32,000 nt of DNA, taken from assembly GCA_030606485.1 (NCBI GenBank), contig JAUWGH010000002.1, positions 450,001-482,000 on the forward strand, in the 5' to 3' direction. A model generated the notes under the pieces. The model searched no databases. It was given only the letters and a program-made list of their open reading frames with translations, and was not told the origin of the DNA. The position numbers and the translations under genes were made by a program. This stretch comes from Promethearchaeota archaeon. GTDB lineage: Archaea > Asgardarchaeota > Lokiarchaeia > Sigyniarchaeales > SOKP01. Positions 1-9,954 of the stretch are shown here, piece after piece (positions within the stretch are counted from its first letter, which is position 1; the number at the start of each line of letters is the position of its first letter).

Positions 1-294
1 TCCAGGAGATTTTAAATACGAATTCCAACCACATTTTTTATCAGTGCATTTTAAGTAGAATTGACCAGAAGATAATTTATCTAACTGCACAAGCGATTTA
101 CATTCAGGACATGAGCTTCTTTCTATTATGGAACAGCGATATCTTAGGACTTTAGCATTAGCTCTTGAATAATATAAATTATGTTCTTTACAATACCATT
201 TTTCTGTACTGATTACATGGTTTATGCAAAAGGAAGCCCCACACTTCTCACAAGTAAATACTATGTTTTTATCTTCACAAAATTCGCATTTCAT
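1..294 (-). CDS. Cys/His-rich zinc-finger protein, 3' end runs off the window (partial, 98 aa visible)
   Basis: Not in the ORF track; translated by hand from ATG at 294: MKCEFCEDKNIVFTCEKCGASFCINHVISTEKWYCKEHNLYYSRANAKVLRYRCSIIERSSCPECKSLVQLDKLSSGQFYLKCTDKKCGWNSYLKSPG, with no stop before position 1. Contains CxxC, CxxC, CxxH, CxxH, CxxC and Cx4C motifs. Confidence 0.8.
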   Translation of the reverse strand, partial: MKCEFCEDKNIVFTCEKCGASFCINHVISTEKWYCKEHNLYYSRANAKVLRYRCSIIERSSCPECKSLVQLDKLSSGQFYLKCTDKKCGWNSYLKSPG

Positions 295-413
295 TTTTAT
301 AAAACAATTGTTCTTTTACTAAAGATATATATTGTATTATTAAAAATTTTTATAGTCCAATAATTAATTATTATTATTATTAGCAAATTTAAAGAAAATT
401 AAAATTTAGGCTA

Positions 414-1082
414 TTACAGAGGAAAAATATCTATTCGAAGTACCGAGAGAACTAATATTAGGATATTAAAAAAAATTATTAATATAATCATAATAATGGA
501 AACCTTACTAGATTTTTGATTTTTTATCTTTCTTCTTTTTGAACTATATTCACTTATTATTGCTAATGGAAACAATCCAAGAAATGTACCTACAGAAAAG
601 GATATAATTGTCAAGAATCCACTCAATAATCCGTAGCTTAAAGTCCAAGTAAAACATTGAGTATAAATTAATATCTCAAAAATACAAGGTGGAAGACCTG
701 CTAAAATCCCGATAACATAAGGTGTTCTTTTTTTGTCCCAATCAATATCAATCTTTAATTCATCAGCATATTTAGAATGAGGGGCATAATGGTGAGTAAT
801 AATATAAATTAACATAAAGACTGATACTATACAGCTTATTAATGCTCCAAAAAAATTTTTCACATAATTCTCTGTTGGAATAAATGTAAAAAATAAACTA
901 AATAATGAAGCTAATGTGCCAATAAATACATTGGCAGTCATCAACCCTGCACCATATATGGATAACATAACCATACTATTTTTCCAATCTTTACTTACCC
1001 CAAATGACCAAAAGCAAAAAATTGCTTTGTCTTCACAAGGCATAAGTGTATGCAGAATTCCGATGATGAAGGCTGGCCACAA
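414..1082 (-). CDS. Multi-pass membrane protein, UreH/NiCoT/DsbD_2 (sulfite exporter TauE/SafE-like) superfamily; possible metal transporter
   Basis: About 6 hydrophobic segments; N-terminal GILHTLMPCED resembles the HAxxPDH motif of UreH/NiCoT; internal GILAGLPPC resembles the DsbD_2 motif. TTG start, so the exact start is uncertain. Confidence 0.55.
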   Translation of the reverse strand: MWPAFIIGILHTLMPCEDKAIFCFWSFGVSKDWKNSMVMLSIYGAGLMTANVFIGTLASLFSLFFTFIPTENYVKNFFGALISCIVSVFMLIYIITHHYAPHSKYADELKIDIDWDKKRTPYVIGILAGLPPCIFEILIYTQCFTWTLSYGLLSGFLTIISFSVGTFLGLFPLAIISEYSSKRRKIKNQKSSKVSIIMIILIIFFNILILVLSVLRIDIFPL

Positions 1083-1212
1083 TACCAGCAGTTGTTCAAG
1101 AATCTTGGATCCGCCTAAATTAAAATATTAAATTATTATTCAATATCTAAATCTGTATCTTTTTATTTTAAATTTTACATTTAATATTAAGATCTGTATA
1201 TTTATTATTGTT

Positions 1213-2472
1213 TCATTTAATTGAAGAATTCTTTAATGAAAATTTAATTAATCCATAAAAACATATTAGTAAGAATATAGTAGGGACAAAATTATAAGGA
1301 AATACGTCATGAATCAGATACCAGAGACCAGTAAAAAGCATACTAAAAAAACTCAATCCAAAGAAACCGGGTTTTATATACTTTTTTAGAATTATTAGGC
1401 TATTTGAAGAATGAAAAAATGTTATTGCTAAAATCGGTCCTAAAATTATAAGGTGATGATCCCAACTATCAAAATAAACTAATAACATAATTATTAATCC
1501 AAAACTAAAAGCATGAGTTATGTCAAATTGTGGATTAACTCTTACAAAATATATGAAAATACCTAACATCCCAATTATTATAAAAATTACTAAAAAGATG
1601 AGAAAGGAACTTACGGGAATTCCATATAAAATAATCACATTTAAGACTAATCGCGTAATGCTAAATGAATGATTTACAATTTCTGGTGTTGAACCAAAAA
1701 AATTTACTTCTAAAAAGCCATTCCATAAACCTGGAATAAATAAAAAAAATAAAATATTGAAACTTAATGGGAATATAATACCAACCAATCTCAGTATGCT
1801 TCTAAAGAAATCAATCTTGATTTTTTTATTTTTTAAATCAATTTTTAATAGGATTACAAAAGGTACTATAAAAATTGTTATAGGTTTTATAATTATACTT
1901 ATTCCTAAGCAAATTCCTCCAAGAATTTCCATATAAAGCGATGTTTTTGTTTTAAAAAAATAAATCGAAATTAGGAGAAAAAAAGTTACAAATAAATTGA
2001 TTTGTCCAAGAATGTAATTAAATGAATGCGGAATAAGTGAGAGAAAAATGCTAATATAAAGAATTACTCTTTTCTTATCCAAATCTTCAATATTGGAATT
2101 TGCCGAAATTAATTTAACCATTAATACACAAATCGAAAAGGCTGTAAATAAATTCAATAATTGAAATATAATAAAACCTAAATCATAACCTAATAAGTAA
2201 AATGGTACAAAAATATACGCCGAAATTGGAAAATATCTAAATGGAAAATCATAATTTGCCTCATTATATAAGTCAGGGAGGTCGGTTATTGCTATTTTCG
2301 AAACATTGAAATACGTTAAGAAATCATTTTTATAATAAAGAACGGTAAAAAACAATATTAGAGAAAGTGCAAAATAAAATAAATGTATGAAAAATGCGAT
2401 TTTAAATAATTTTTCATCCCAAAATTCTTTGAAGCTTTTCTTTTTGTTTAATAAAAAAGATTTAAAATCCAT
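1213..2472 (-). CDS. Glycosyltransferase family 87 (DUF2029, GT-C fold) integral membrane protein
   Basis: Many TM helices with FRYFP..A.IF.P, LGQINL, IKP and WDHH motifs typical of GT87. Confidence 0.8.
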   Translation of the reverse strand: MDFKSFLLNKKKSFKEFWDEKLFKIAFFIHLFYFALSLILFFTVLYYKNDFLTYFNVSKIAITDLPDLYNEANYDFPFRYFPISAYIFVPFYLLGYDLGFIIFQLLNLFTAFSICVLMVKLISANSNIEDLDKKRVILYISIFLSLIPHSFNYILGQINLFVTFFLLISIYFFKTKTSLYMEILGGICLGISIIIKPITIFIVPFVILLKIDLKNKKIKIDFFRSILRLVGIIFPLSFNILFFLFIPGLWNGFLEVNFFGSTPEIVNHSFSITRLVLNVIILYGIPVSSFLIFLVIFIIIGMLGIFIYFVRVNPQFDITHAFSFGLIIMLLVYFDSWDHHLIILGPILAITFFHSSNSLIILKKYIKPGFFGLSFFSMLFTGLWYLIHDVFPYNFVPTIFLLICFYGLIKFSLKNSSIK

Positions 2473-2545
2473 TAAGATAAAAGAAAATAATTTTTTAAAA
2501 AAGTCTTACTAAAATTTTTTAATTTTAAACTATAAAAGTTAAATT

Positions 2546-2773
2546 ATGTCATTGATCGATAAAAAAAGACAATTAAAACTATTACAGGAACATACTGAAG
2601 CTATAACACCCATTTTAGAGAAGAGAGAATGGGAAGAATACTTTAATGTCGATAGAATGAAGAAAATCAGTAAAGAAGTGTATACGAGTAGTTTATTCTG
2701 GGAAATTATTAAATCGGGAAAAAATTATTTCAAAAAGGTGAAAAGAATTGTGAGTAAAGAAAATAAAAATTAA
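2546..2773 (+). CDS. Small hypothetical protein (75 aa)
   Basis: ATG start, divergent from GT87 with a 73 bp gap, not overlapping other genes; no motif recognised. Confidence 0.5.
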   Translation: MSLIDKKRQLKLLQEHTEAITPILEKREWEEYFNVDRMKKISKEVYTSSLFWEIIKSGKNYFKKVKRIVSKENKN

Positions 2774-2986
2774 GCCTTATTTTTTCTTTATTTATACATT
2801 GCTTTTTTCCAAGATTAAAAAAAGTAGAATTACGAATAACCTTATTTATTAACTAAATAACACTTCTTTATCATTATTTCAATACTTATTATTAAACTTT
2901 CAAGCTCTTTATTTTAAATAGCTAAATTGCATTATAAATCATAGAATTATGTAATTGTTATTTCCAAAAAGTGGTGTAATTCAATA

Positions 2987-5380
2987 ATGAACGATGTAGA
3001 CGAAAAAACATTGAAAAGATATGGAAATCGAAAATGCCCAGATTGTAAATCAAACATTTTAATAAAAATAGTTCAAAAACAAGTAATTGGAATATGTCAA
3101 AATAATAATTGTAAAAAATTTTGGATATTCTACAAAGATAAAAATAGTAAGGTCAATTCTATTGAAGCCTTAGAAGTTAATGGACTTATGGAATTTTACG
3201 TGGAGTTACCATTTAATCTAAGTATTCCAACAGGATTATATGCTCTTAATAAACCAAAGCAAATAATGTTAAGAAGAGATATGTATCATTTTCAAAAAGG
3301 CAACGAATTAGAAAATTTTCAAACATCCCAACCGATTTATGCTCCCCAAGATAAGGTATTTAATGAGCATGGTTTAATTAAAGAAGAATTTGACGAATTT
3401 AAATTTAAAAGAAAAATGAGATCTGTACTTTTTAAAAGATATCCATTGAAATCGTTAATAAATAAAAAAATAACTATTGAGCGACTTATTGAAAAAGGAT
3501 TCTTTAATTCATATATTTATAAAACTCAAAATCAGTTTTTTCAAGATGTTAATGAATTTCTATCATATTACTCATTATATTTTCCATCAAACGATATAAA
3601 TATGATGTCTCAACATGAAGTAAGACCCCTTTCGATTTATGAATTCAGTAAATGCATTTTCAATAGTCATATTATCATAAACCAGAGATATTACCCATTT
3701 ATTCCAATAATTCAAGATATAACCAATTTGAAAGGTATTCCAGATATCACTTATCTCACAAATAATGGTAAAATAGAAGAATTTGATACGATTTTACAAA
3801 ATCGGAAGAATTATCCTATCTTTCCCCATCAAGAATTATTTCTTTTAGCTCGTTCGCTTTATAGGACTAATAATATCCATATGGGTGCCTCTGTTATTAC
3901 TACCTCGATTGCTGCTTTAGAATCTTTAATCCATAAATTAGAAAATAATCATCCTGAATTTCAAAACTTAAAGAAATTAAAAAAGAAATGGGAAAGTGAC
4001 CTAGACGATAAAAATCTAAATTTGGATAAATATAGAAATAAAAGTGGAAGGAAATATTTCGGTTTTTTGGAATTTTATACAAATATCCAACCTTTATTAG
4101 CAAAAATCATAAAAAAGAATTACCCAAATAATTCTCTCTCCATAAAAATGATTCTAAATTATTTAAAAAATTTAAACATAACAAGATGGATTAGAAATGA
4201 CATAACACATAGAGCCAAAATCGAGCGTGAGATTGAATTCAGTTATGATAATGAAACTGGATTTACAGAAAAGTATTTAATTTCATATAAAAATAAAATA
4301 ACAGGTCAAAATAAAACTATAAAATTTTCAGACCTTTGGCAAAGTATTTTGAAGACATATGACTATCTTGATAAAATTCTATTAGAAACAATTTATCCCC
4401 AAATTAATTGGGATCTAAAATCAATTTACAAAAATGAAATTGCAGCTAGAAGTACAAAACCAGGTAAAGGTATTATTCAAGTCTTAATGAATTTGGATTG
4501 GAGAGAAACCAATTCATATAATATTAACTTAAGTAAATTTGCTGTTCCTCCTGAGCGATTTCCCATAGGAGTCGAAACTACTGATGGGAAATGTATCAAT
4601 ATGAATATTAATTATGAAAAAGGAAGGTATGAATTTGTTGGAAAGGGAGAAGAAAATGGTGATGGATCATTCTCATACAAAGTGATGTCATTTCCTATTG
4701 ATCTTTCCTATGAAGAAGTTCAAAAACATATTAAAAATAAAACTCTAAATTTTTATATCGATGGTAATGCGAATTATTATAATTATAGAAGTTGTGAGAA
4801 ATGTGGTTATATAATTCCAATTCATCATCATTTATTGTATTTCAATAATGAATGCCCTAATCCAGAATGTAAACATAACTTCAGTTTCAGAGATTATTGG
4901 TATGTAAAAGGTCATCTTTTACTTGAGCAACCAAAGTATCGAGAAGCAATAAAATGTTATAATAACGCAATATGTATAGATCCCACCTTTCAAGAAGCAT
5001 TGAACGATATTGGTGTTTGTTTCGATAATTTGGATTTACTTAATGAAGCTTTAGAAACATTTAATAAAATTATTGGAATCAATCCATCAAATAAATTAGC
5101 CCTCTACAATAAAGGAGCTATCTTTATTAAATTAAAACAATTTGATAAAACTAATATAATCATTGATAAATTGTTGGAATTAGATGCAAACTATGCTCGG
5201 GCATATTATCTAAGGGCTTGCTTGAAAGCTGTCAAAAATCACAGACTTGATGCGATTAAAGAATTAAAATTAGCATTAAATCTCGACAAAGATTTATTAA
5301 ATGATGCAAAAACAGATCCCGATCTAAAAAATATTAGAAAATTAAAAGAATTCAAAAAATTATCGAGAAACTTTAAGTAA
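2987..5380 (+). CDS. Zn-ribbon / HEPN-like (Rx4H) / Zn-ribbon / TPR multidomain protein
   Basis: CPDC...CQNNNC at the N-terminus; SIAALE (E312) followed by RNDITH (R403-H408); CEKC...CPNPEC; about 4 C-terminal TPRs ending in a TPR-cap helix (AYYLRAC...AKTDPDLKNIR). Confidence 0.65.
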   Translation: MNDVDEKTLKRYGNRKCPDCKSNILIKIVQKQVIGICQNNNCKKFWIFYKDKNSKVNSIEALEVNGLMEFYVELPFNLSIPTGLYALNKPKQIMLRRDMYHFQKGNELENFQTSQPIYAPQDKVFNEHGLIKEEFDEFKFKRKMRSVLFKRYPLKSLINKKITIERLIEKGFFNSYIYKTQNQFFQDVNEFLSYYSLYFPSNDINMMSQHEVRPLSIYEFSKCIFNSHIIINQRYYPFIPIIQDITNLKGIPDITYLTNNGKIEEFDTILQNRKNYPIFPHQELFLLARSLYRTNNIHMGASVITTSIAALESLIHKLENNHPEFQNLKKLKKKWESDLDDKNLNLDKYRNKSGRKYFGFLEFYTNIQPLLAKIIKKNYPNNSLSIKMILNYLKNLNITRWIRNDITHRAKIEREIEFSYDNETGFTEKYLISYKNKITGQNKTIKFSDLWQSILKTYDYLDKILLETIYPQINWDLKSIYKNEIAARSTKPGKGIIQVLMNLDWRETNSYNINLSKFAVPPERFPIGVETTDGKCINMNINYEKGRYEFVGKGEENGDGSFSYKVMSFPIDLSYEEVQKHIKNKTLNFYIDGNANYYNYRSCEKCGYIIPIHHHLLYFNNECPNPECKHNFSFRDYWYVKGHLLLEQPKYREAIKCYNNAICIDPTFQEALNDIGVCFDNLDLLNEALETFNKIIGINPSNKLALYNKGAIFIKLKQFDKTNIIIDKLLELDANYARAYYLRACLKAVKNHRLDAIKELKLALNLDKDLLNDAKTDPDLKNIRKLKEFKKLSRNFK

Positions 5381-5595
5381 AAAATAAGATCAGCAAGTTA
5401 GCTAAGGTTAAATTGGATTATGAAGATCTATGAGATATTGCACAAAATTAATTGAGTGAAAAAGATATATTTCTATTGGATATATTATAGGTTAAGATAA
5501 TAATGAAATGAAGTTTAATTTGTAGAACTCAAATATATCAGTTTTTAATACTATATTATATTAAAGAAATTTAAAGGAAAATAAATTGAGATGTC

Positions 5596-6555
5596 ATGTT
5601 TGTAAGAAGTTTAAATATTAGAGAATTTAGAGGAATTAAAGCTTGTGATAAAGCTTTAAAATTTAGCAATTTTACAATTTTAATTGGAAAGAATAATGCT
5701 GGAAAATCATCAATATTAGAAGCATTGTCCTTATTACCCGACCCAGGTATAAAAGATTATTTCACTCGACAAAATAAATTAAATAATTTACAAGAACTTC
5801 ATCAGGGTTCAATTAAAGATCTTATCTATCTTTATGCGGGAACTGCAAATTTACAATTTGGGATTGAAAAATCAACTGCAATAATTGAAATAAGTGAAGA
5901 AGGTTTTCGAACATCTTGGAATAACAAATCAACTTCCACGGGTGCAGCAATCTCAAATATGTATGAATTGCCTCATAATAAATTATCCGAAATGGTTCTA
6001 TTCGTTCCCTTTACGACATCTATACTGAGTGATTTAGAGGATAGAATGAGGTCTCTTAAGGAATTAATAATGAAAAAAGGATATCATATTGAACTTGCAA
6101 ACTTTCTTAATGAATGTGTTAATGATGTCTATAGCGAGCTTGTTTTCCTCGAGCCTATTAGTTTAAGAAAAGTATATCCTGATAACAAAGTGTATCTCAA
6201 ATTGAAAGATCTTGGAACAGGAGCAGAAAAATTAATAAAAATTATGGCGTTATTTGAAGTATTATCTCCTAAGCTTATAATAATTGATGATTTTGAAACA
6301 GGTTTTCATCCCACAATGATAAAATTATTTCTAAAATGGTTAAAAAAAAAAAAATGGCAGACAATAATTTCAACCCATAGTATAGATGTGTTGTATCACT
6401 TGGTTGATATTAAGCCAATAGATACTAGTATTCTCCAATTAAATAAATCGAATGAGGATATCTTAAGTCATGAAGTTTTAACTTTAGATGAGCTAGAAGA
6501 TTTATTAGACGCAAACACAGACCCACGCTTATTATTAGATGCACTTCGATTATGA
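5596..6555 (+). CDS. ABC/AAA-type ATPase (AAA_15/AAA_21, OLD/AbiEii-like)
   Basis: Walker A GKNNAGKSS near the N-terminus after the typical IRxFRGIK strand; signature-like DLGTG; Walker B/D-loop LIIIDDFETGFHP; H-loop ISTHS. Confidence 0.85.
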   Translation: MFVRSLNIREFRGIKACDKALKFSNFTILIGKNNAGKSSILEALSLLPDPGIKDYFTRQNKLNNLQELHQGSIKDLIYLYAGTANLQFGIEKSTAIIEISEEGFRTSWNNKSTSTGAAISNMYELPHNKLSEMVLFVPFTTSILSDLEDRMRSLKELIMKKGYHIELANFLNECVNDVYSELVFLEPISLRKVYPDNKVYLKLKDLGTGAEKLIKIMALFEVLSPKLIIIDDFETGFHPTMIKLFLKWLKKKKWQTIISTHSIDVLYHLVDIKPIDTSILQLNKSNEDILSHEVLTLDELEDLLDANTDPRLLLDALRL

Positions 6556-6564
6556 ATTTTCGAT

Positions 6565-7209
6565 GTGATTTTAATGAGATTAGTGGACAATTTGAAAGGA
6601 ATTGAATCTTACTATTTAGTAATTTCTGGTAATGGAACATTTCCAGAGAAGGTTATATTAAAAAATCTTTGTAGGAAATATAATGGACATGACAAAGCTA
6701 TATTTTATATAAGCACACCAATTAAGAAACAAACGGGATTGAATGCTCTTAATGCTATACAATTATATACTAAAAAATTTCAGATAAATTCTATAATTTT
6801 CATTGTAGATGGGGAACACATTAAGCAGAATGCTAGGATCGAGATTAAGAAGCATTTAAAATCTAAAGGAATAGGGATTAATGAAGTTATACCCCTCCAA
6901 GGAGCATTCTTAATAAAATGTAAATCAGGACCAGATGACATCATTCTATTTTGCATCACATTAGGACCAGAAGTTTTCATTGAAGAGGAAGTTGCTGAAT
7001 TGATTGAACTCAAATTGGGTGTAAAAATTGACCTCTCACGAAAAAGAGAACCCAATGGGAGAAAAACTATTAAAAATCAGATAAAACAAGTTTTAAGGGA
7101 AAAGGGGAAAACTATTGAAGAGTTAGTAAATAACACTGGAAAAACTAAACTTGAACAAACATTTCCCAACATATGTGCAGTTCTTAAAAAAATAGAAGAA
7201 GAGCAGTAA
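6565..7209 (+). CDS. Hypothetical partner of the ATPase, TOPRIM-like (DUF3226/DUF4435-type) putative nuclease; true start may be ATG 6574
   Basis: 9 bp downstream of the ATPase. Strand-loop-E helix (YLVISGNGTFPEKVIL), later IIFIVDGE (DxD/E) and a further acidic motif FIEEEV, as in TOPRIM partners of such ATPases. Confidence 0.5.
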   Translation: MILMRLVDNLKGIESYYLVISGNGTFPEKVILKNLCRKYNGHDKAIFYISTPIKKQTGLNALNAIQLYTKKFQINSIIFIVDGEHIKQNARIEIKKHLKSKGIGINEVIPLQGAFLIKCKSGPDDIILFCITLGPEVFIEEEVAELIELKLGVKIDLSRKREPNGRKTIKNQIKQVLREKGKTIEELVNNTGKTKLEQTFPNICAVLKKIEEEQ

Positions 7210-7379
7210 AAATTTTCTTTAACATTTTTCACTAAATTTTCATGAAAACCAGACTTTGAATTTACCATTCCAAAAGTAATCGGCATTCAAGAAAGAAGAG
7301 TTCCTAATAATTTCAATAATCCTCAAATATAAATTAAATATTAAATTTCATATCTTAATCAATTATAGGGAATTTCAAA

Positions 7380-8816
7380 ATGTCTTTTATCAAATCTAAA
7401 GTAATAGAAACTATTTTTGGAGTAATTGTTGGAAATAGAGATGTATTCCCCGATCAATTAGTAATGGAGGGAAGAAAGGAAATTTTAGAAGTATTAAACG
7501 AATTAAAATATAAATATGTGGTTTTAAATGAGGAAGATACTCAGTTTGGTGCAGTAGAGACATATAAAGATGCAATAAAATGTGGTAAATTATTCAGAGA
7601 ACATGCTGATGAAATTGTGGGGATAATAATCGTACTAAGCAATTTTGGCAATGAAAGGGGAATTGCAAATTCTATAAAGATAGCGAATCTGAATGTTCCG
7701 ATCTTAATTCAAGCCTCATCTGATGATATAAACCAAATGGATCGAAAATTTAGAAGAGATGCTTTTTGTGGAAAAATTTCGGTCTGCAATAACCTATATC
7801 AATATGCAATTCCTTTTACTTTAACTAAATCTCACACATGTCCAATTAATTCAAAAGATTTCAAGAATGATATTATAAAGTTTGAAGCAATCTGTAGAAT
7901 CGTTTATAAAGTAAAAAATGCGAGATTGGGACAAATTGGAACAAGACCAGCGGCTTTCAATACGGTTCGATATAGTGAAAAGATTTTAGAAAAAAATGGA
8001 ATTTCCGTAGAACCGATAGATTTATCAGAAATTCTGGCTGCAATAAATACCTTAAGCAATGATGATATATATGTAAAAGAGACAGTGGAATATATAAAAA
8101 ACTATACAGAAACTAAGATATTCCCTGAAGAAGGTATAATAAAATTAGCCAAATTAACTGTAGTTATAAAAAATTGGGTAGAGGAGAATGATTTAGATGG
8201 TTTTGCATTTCAATGTTGGCCTAGCATTCAAGATAATTTTGGGATTGTGCCTTGTGCAGTATTAAGTATGTTTAGTGAAGGATTAATACCAGGAGCATGT
8301 GAAGTAGACATTTCTGGTTTAATAGGAATGCTTATATTACAATTAGCTTCGGGAAGCCCTTCAGCAATACTGGATTGGAATAATAATTATAAATATGAAG
8401 AAGATAAAATGGTAACATTTCATTGTTCAAATCTACCGAGATCATTTTTAAAAGAAGCAGAAATTACAACTCATCCAATTATTTCTGATGGAAAAGGTGC
8501 AGAAAAATCATTCGGCGCTATACAAGGTAGAATTCCTGCTGAATCTTGTACTTTTCTTAGAATTGAAACCGATGACATCAATGGAAAAATAAAAGGAATA
8601 TTAGGTGAGGGAAGATATACCGAAGATCCTCTACAAACTTTCGGTGGTTATGGCGTTCTTCAAATTTTACATTTACAGAAATTATTAAAGAAATTATGTA
8701 AGAATGGATTTGCCCATCATGTTGCAGCTACTTTAAATAAAGTAGGGGATATAGTATATGAAGCGTTAACAACATATTTAGGATGGGATATTGATTATCA
8801 TACCGGAAATCTGTAA
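7380..8816 (+). CDS. L-fucose/L-arabinose isomerase family protein
   Basis: GNRDVFP, NFGNE, RRDAFCGKISVCNNL, QCWP, CEVD, FHCSN and GFAHHVA motifs of the fucose-isomerase-like family. Confidence 0.85.
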   Translation: MSFIKSKVIETIFGVIVGNRDVFPDQLVMEGRKEILEVLNELKYKYVVLNEEDTQFGAVETYKDAIKCGKLFREHADEIVGIIIVLSNFGNERGIANSIKIANLNVPILIQASSDDINQMDRKFRRDAFCGKISVCNNLYQYAIPFTLTKSHTCPINSKDFKNDIIKFEAICRIVYKVKNARLGQIGTRPAAFNTVRYSEKILEKNGISVEPIDLSEILAAINTLSNDDIYVKETVEYIKNYTETKIFPEEGIIKLAKLTVVIKNWVEENDLDGFAFQCWPSIQDNFGIVPCAVLSMFSEGLIPGACEVDISGLIGMLILQLASGSPSAILDWNNNYKYEEDKMVTFHCSNLPRSFLKEAEITTHPIISDGKGAEKSFGAIQGRIPAESCTFLRIETDDINGKIKGILGEGRYTEDPLQTFGGYGVLQILHLQKLLKKLCKNGFAHHVAATLNKVGDIVYEALTTYLGWDIDYHTGNL

Positions 8817-8821
8817 TTTTT

Positions 8822-9904
8822 TCATTTTCCTCTTAGGATTTCTATCGTTTTATTAAAGAATCCTGAATTAAAAACTTTCAAAGTCTTTTCATTTTTTATA
8901 GCCAACAATTCTATTGGATAATAATCATTATCTCTGGAATTTCTAACTCTTTGTTTTAAAAATTTTTGTATGGCAATTGAGATAGCATATTTTGAATTAT
9001 CACATCCAATCCATTTACGATTTAACTTCTCTGCCACATGTAAAGTTGTTCCAGAACCGCAAAAAAAATCTGCAATTAAATCACCCTCATTACTCCCTAT
9101 CTGAATTAATCGCTCTAATAACATTGGATGTTTTTGAGTAGGATATCCAGTCCATTCTGAAGAAGCTGGTTGAATACATGGTATCCGCCAAACATCATCG
9201 GCTTTTTTATCATGAACAATTCTGTATTTTACATGACCATTTTCATCCTTTACATTCTTTAAGACACCATTTACCGATTCTCGCATTAATTGTTTTACAG
9301 GTTTATCTCTAAGAATGCGGAATTCATTAAAAGTATAAGATTTTCCTTTAGAATAAATTAAAATATTATCATGAGCTCTTGGAAGATTTTTCTTTCCAGC
9401 TGAATATTTATTGTAGTAATACCATATAATTTCATTAACAAATCTATCCTTTCCGAAAATTTCATCCAATATTGCTCTTATGTAATGTGAAACGTGCCAA
9501 TCTAAATGAATAATAATAAGACCATTACTTGTTAAAAGTTCTTTCATTAAAATTAAACGTTCATACATCATTTGGAGATATATGTCTAAATTCTTTCCCC
9601 AATTATCTTTATACCCAAATTCCTTAAGTATATTTCCATCCATCCGAATTTTTAAAATATAATCAGAACCCGTTGCAAAGGGAGGATCAATATAAATTAA
9701 ATTAATTTTATCTGTAAATTTTGAGAGTAAATAGAAAATTACAAGCTTATTATCCCCCCAAAAAAGTTTATTAGACCAGACATTAATCATTTCACCGGAA
9801 GAATTAATTGGTCTAATTAACTTTACTCTCTCGAAGGTTATGCTATTATCCTTTAATTCATTAACGTCTAAATCTTTTTTATTAGTCCAAGAGAGTCTAA
9901 CCAT
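8822..9904 (-). CDS. Site-specific DNA methyltransferase (N6-adenine/N4-cytosine, beta class, type III Mod-like), apparently orphan
   Basis: WGDN motif, catalytic motif IV IYIDPPF preceding SAM-binding motif I DFFCGSGTT, and YPTQKH. Confidence 0.9.
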   Translation of the reverse strand: MVRLSWTNKKDLDVNELKDNSITFERVKLIRPINSSGEMINVWSNKLFWGDNKLVIFYLLSKFTDKINLIYIDPPFATGSDYILKIRMDGNILKEFGYKDNWGKNLDIYLQMMYERLILMKELLTSNGLIIIHLDWHVSHYIRAILDEIFGKDRFVNEIIWYYYNKYSAGKKNLPRAHDNILIYSKGKSYTFNEFRILRDKPVKQLMRESVNGVLKNVKDENGHVKYRIVHDKKADDVWRIPCIQPASSEWTGYPTQKHPMLLERLIQIGSNEGDLIADFFCGSGTTLHVAEKLNRKWIGCDNSKYAISIAIQKFLKQRVRNSRDNDYYPIELLAIKNEKTLKVFNSGFFNKTIEILRGK

Positions 9905-9954
9905 TTTATTATTCCTAAATAGTAGATAATATTTTCAAAAATTTGCATTTGAAT

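Noticed and set aside
181-363. 60-aa + strand ORF in the track
   Set aside because: Antisense shadow of the Cys-rich minus-strand gene starting at 294.
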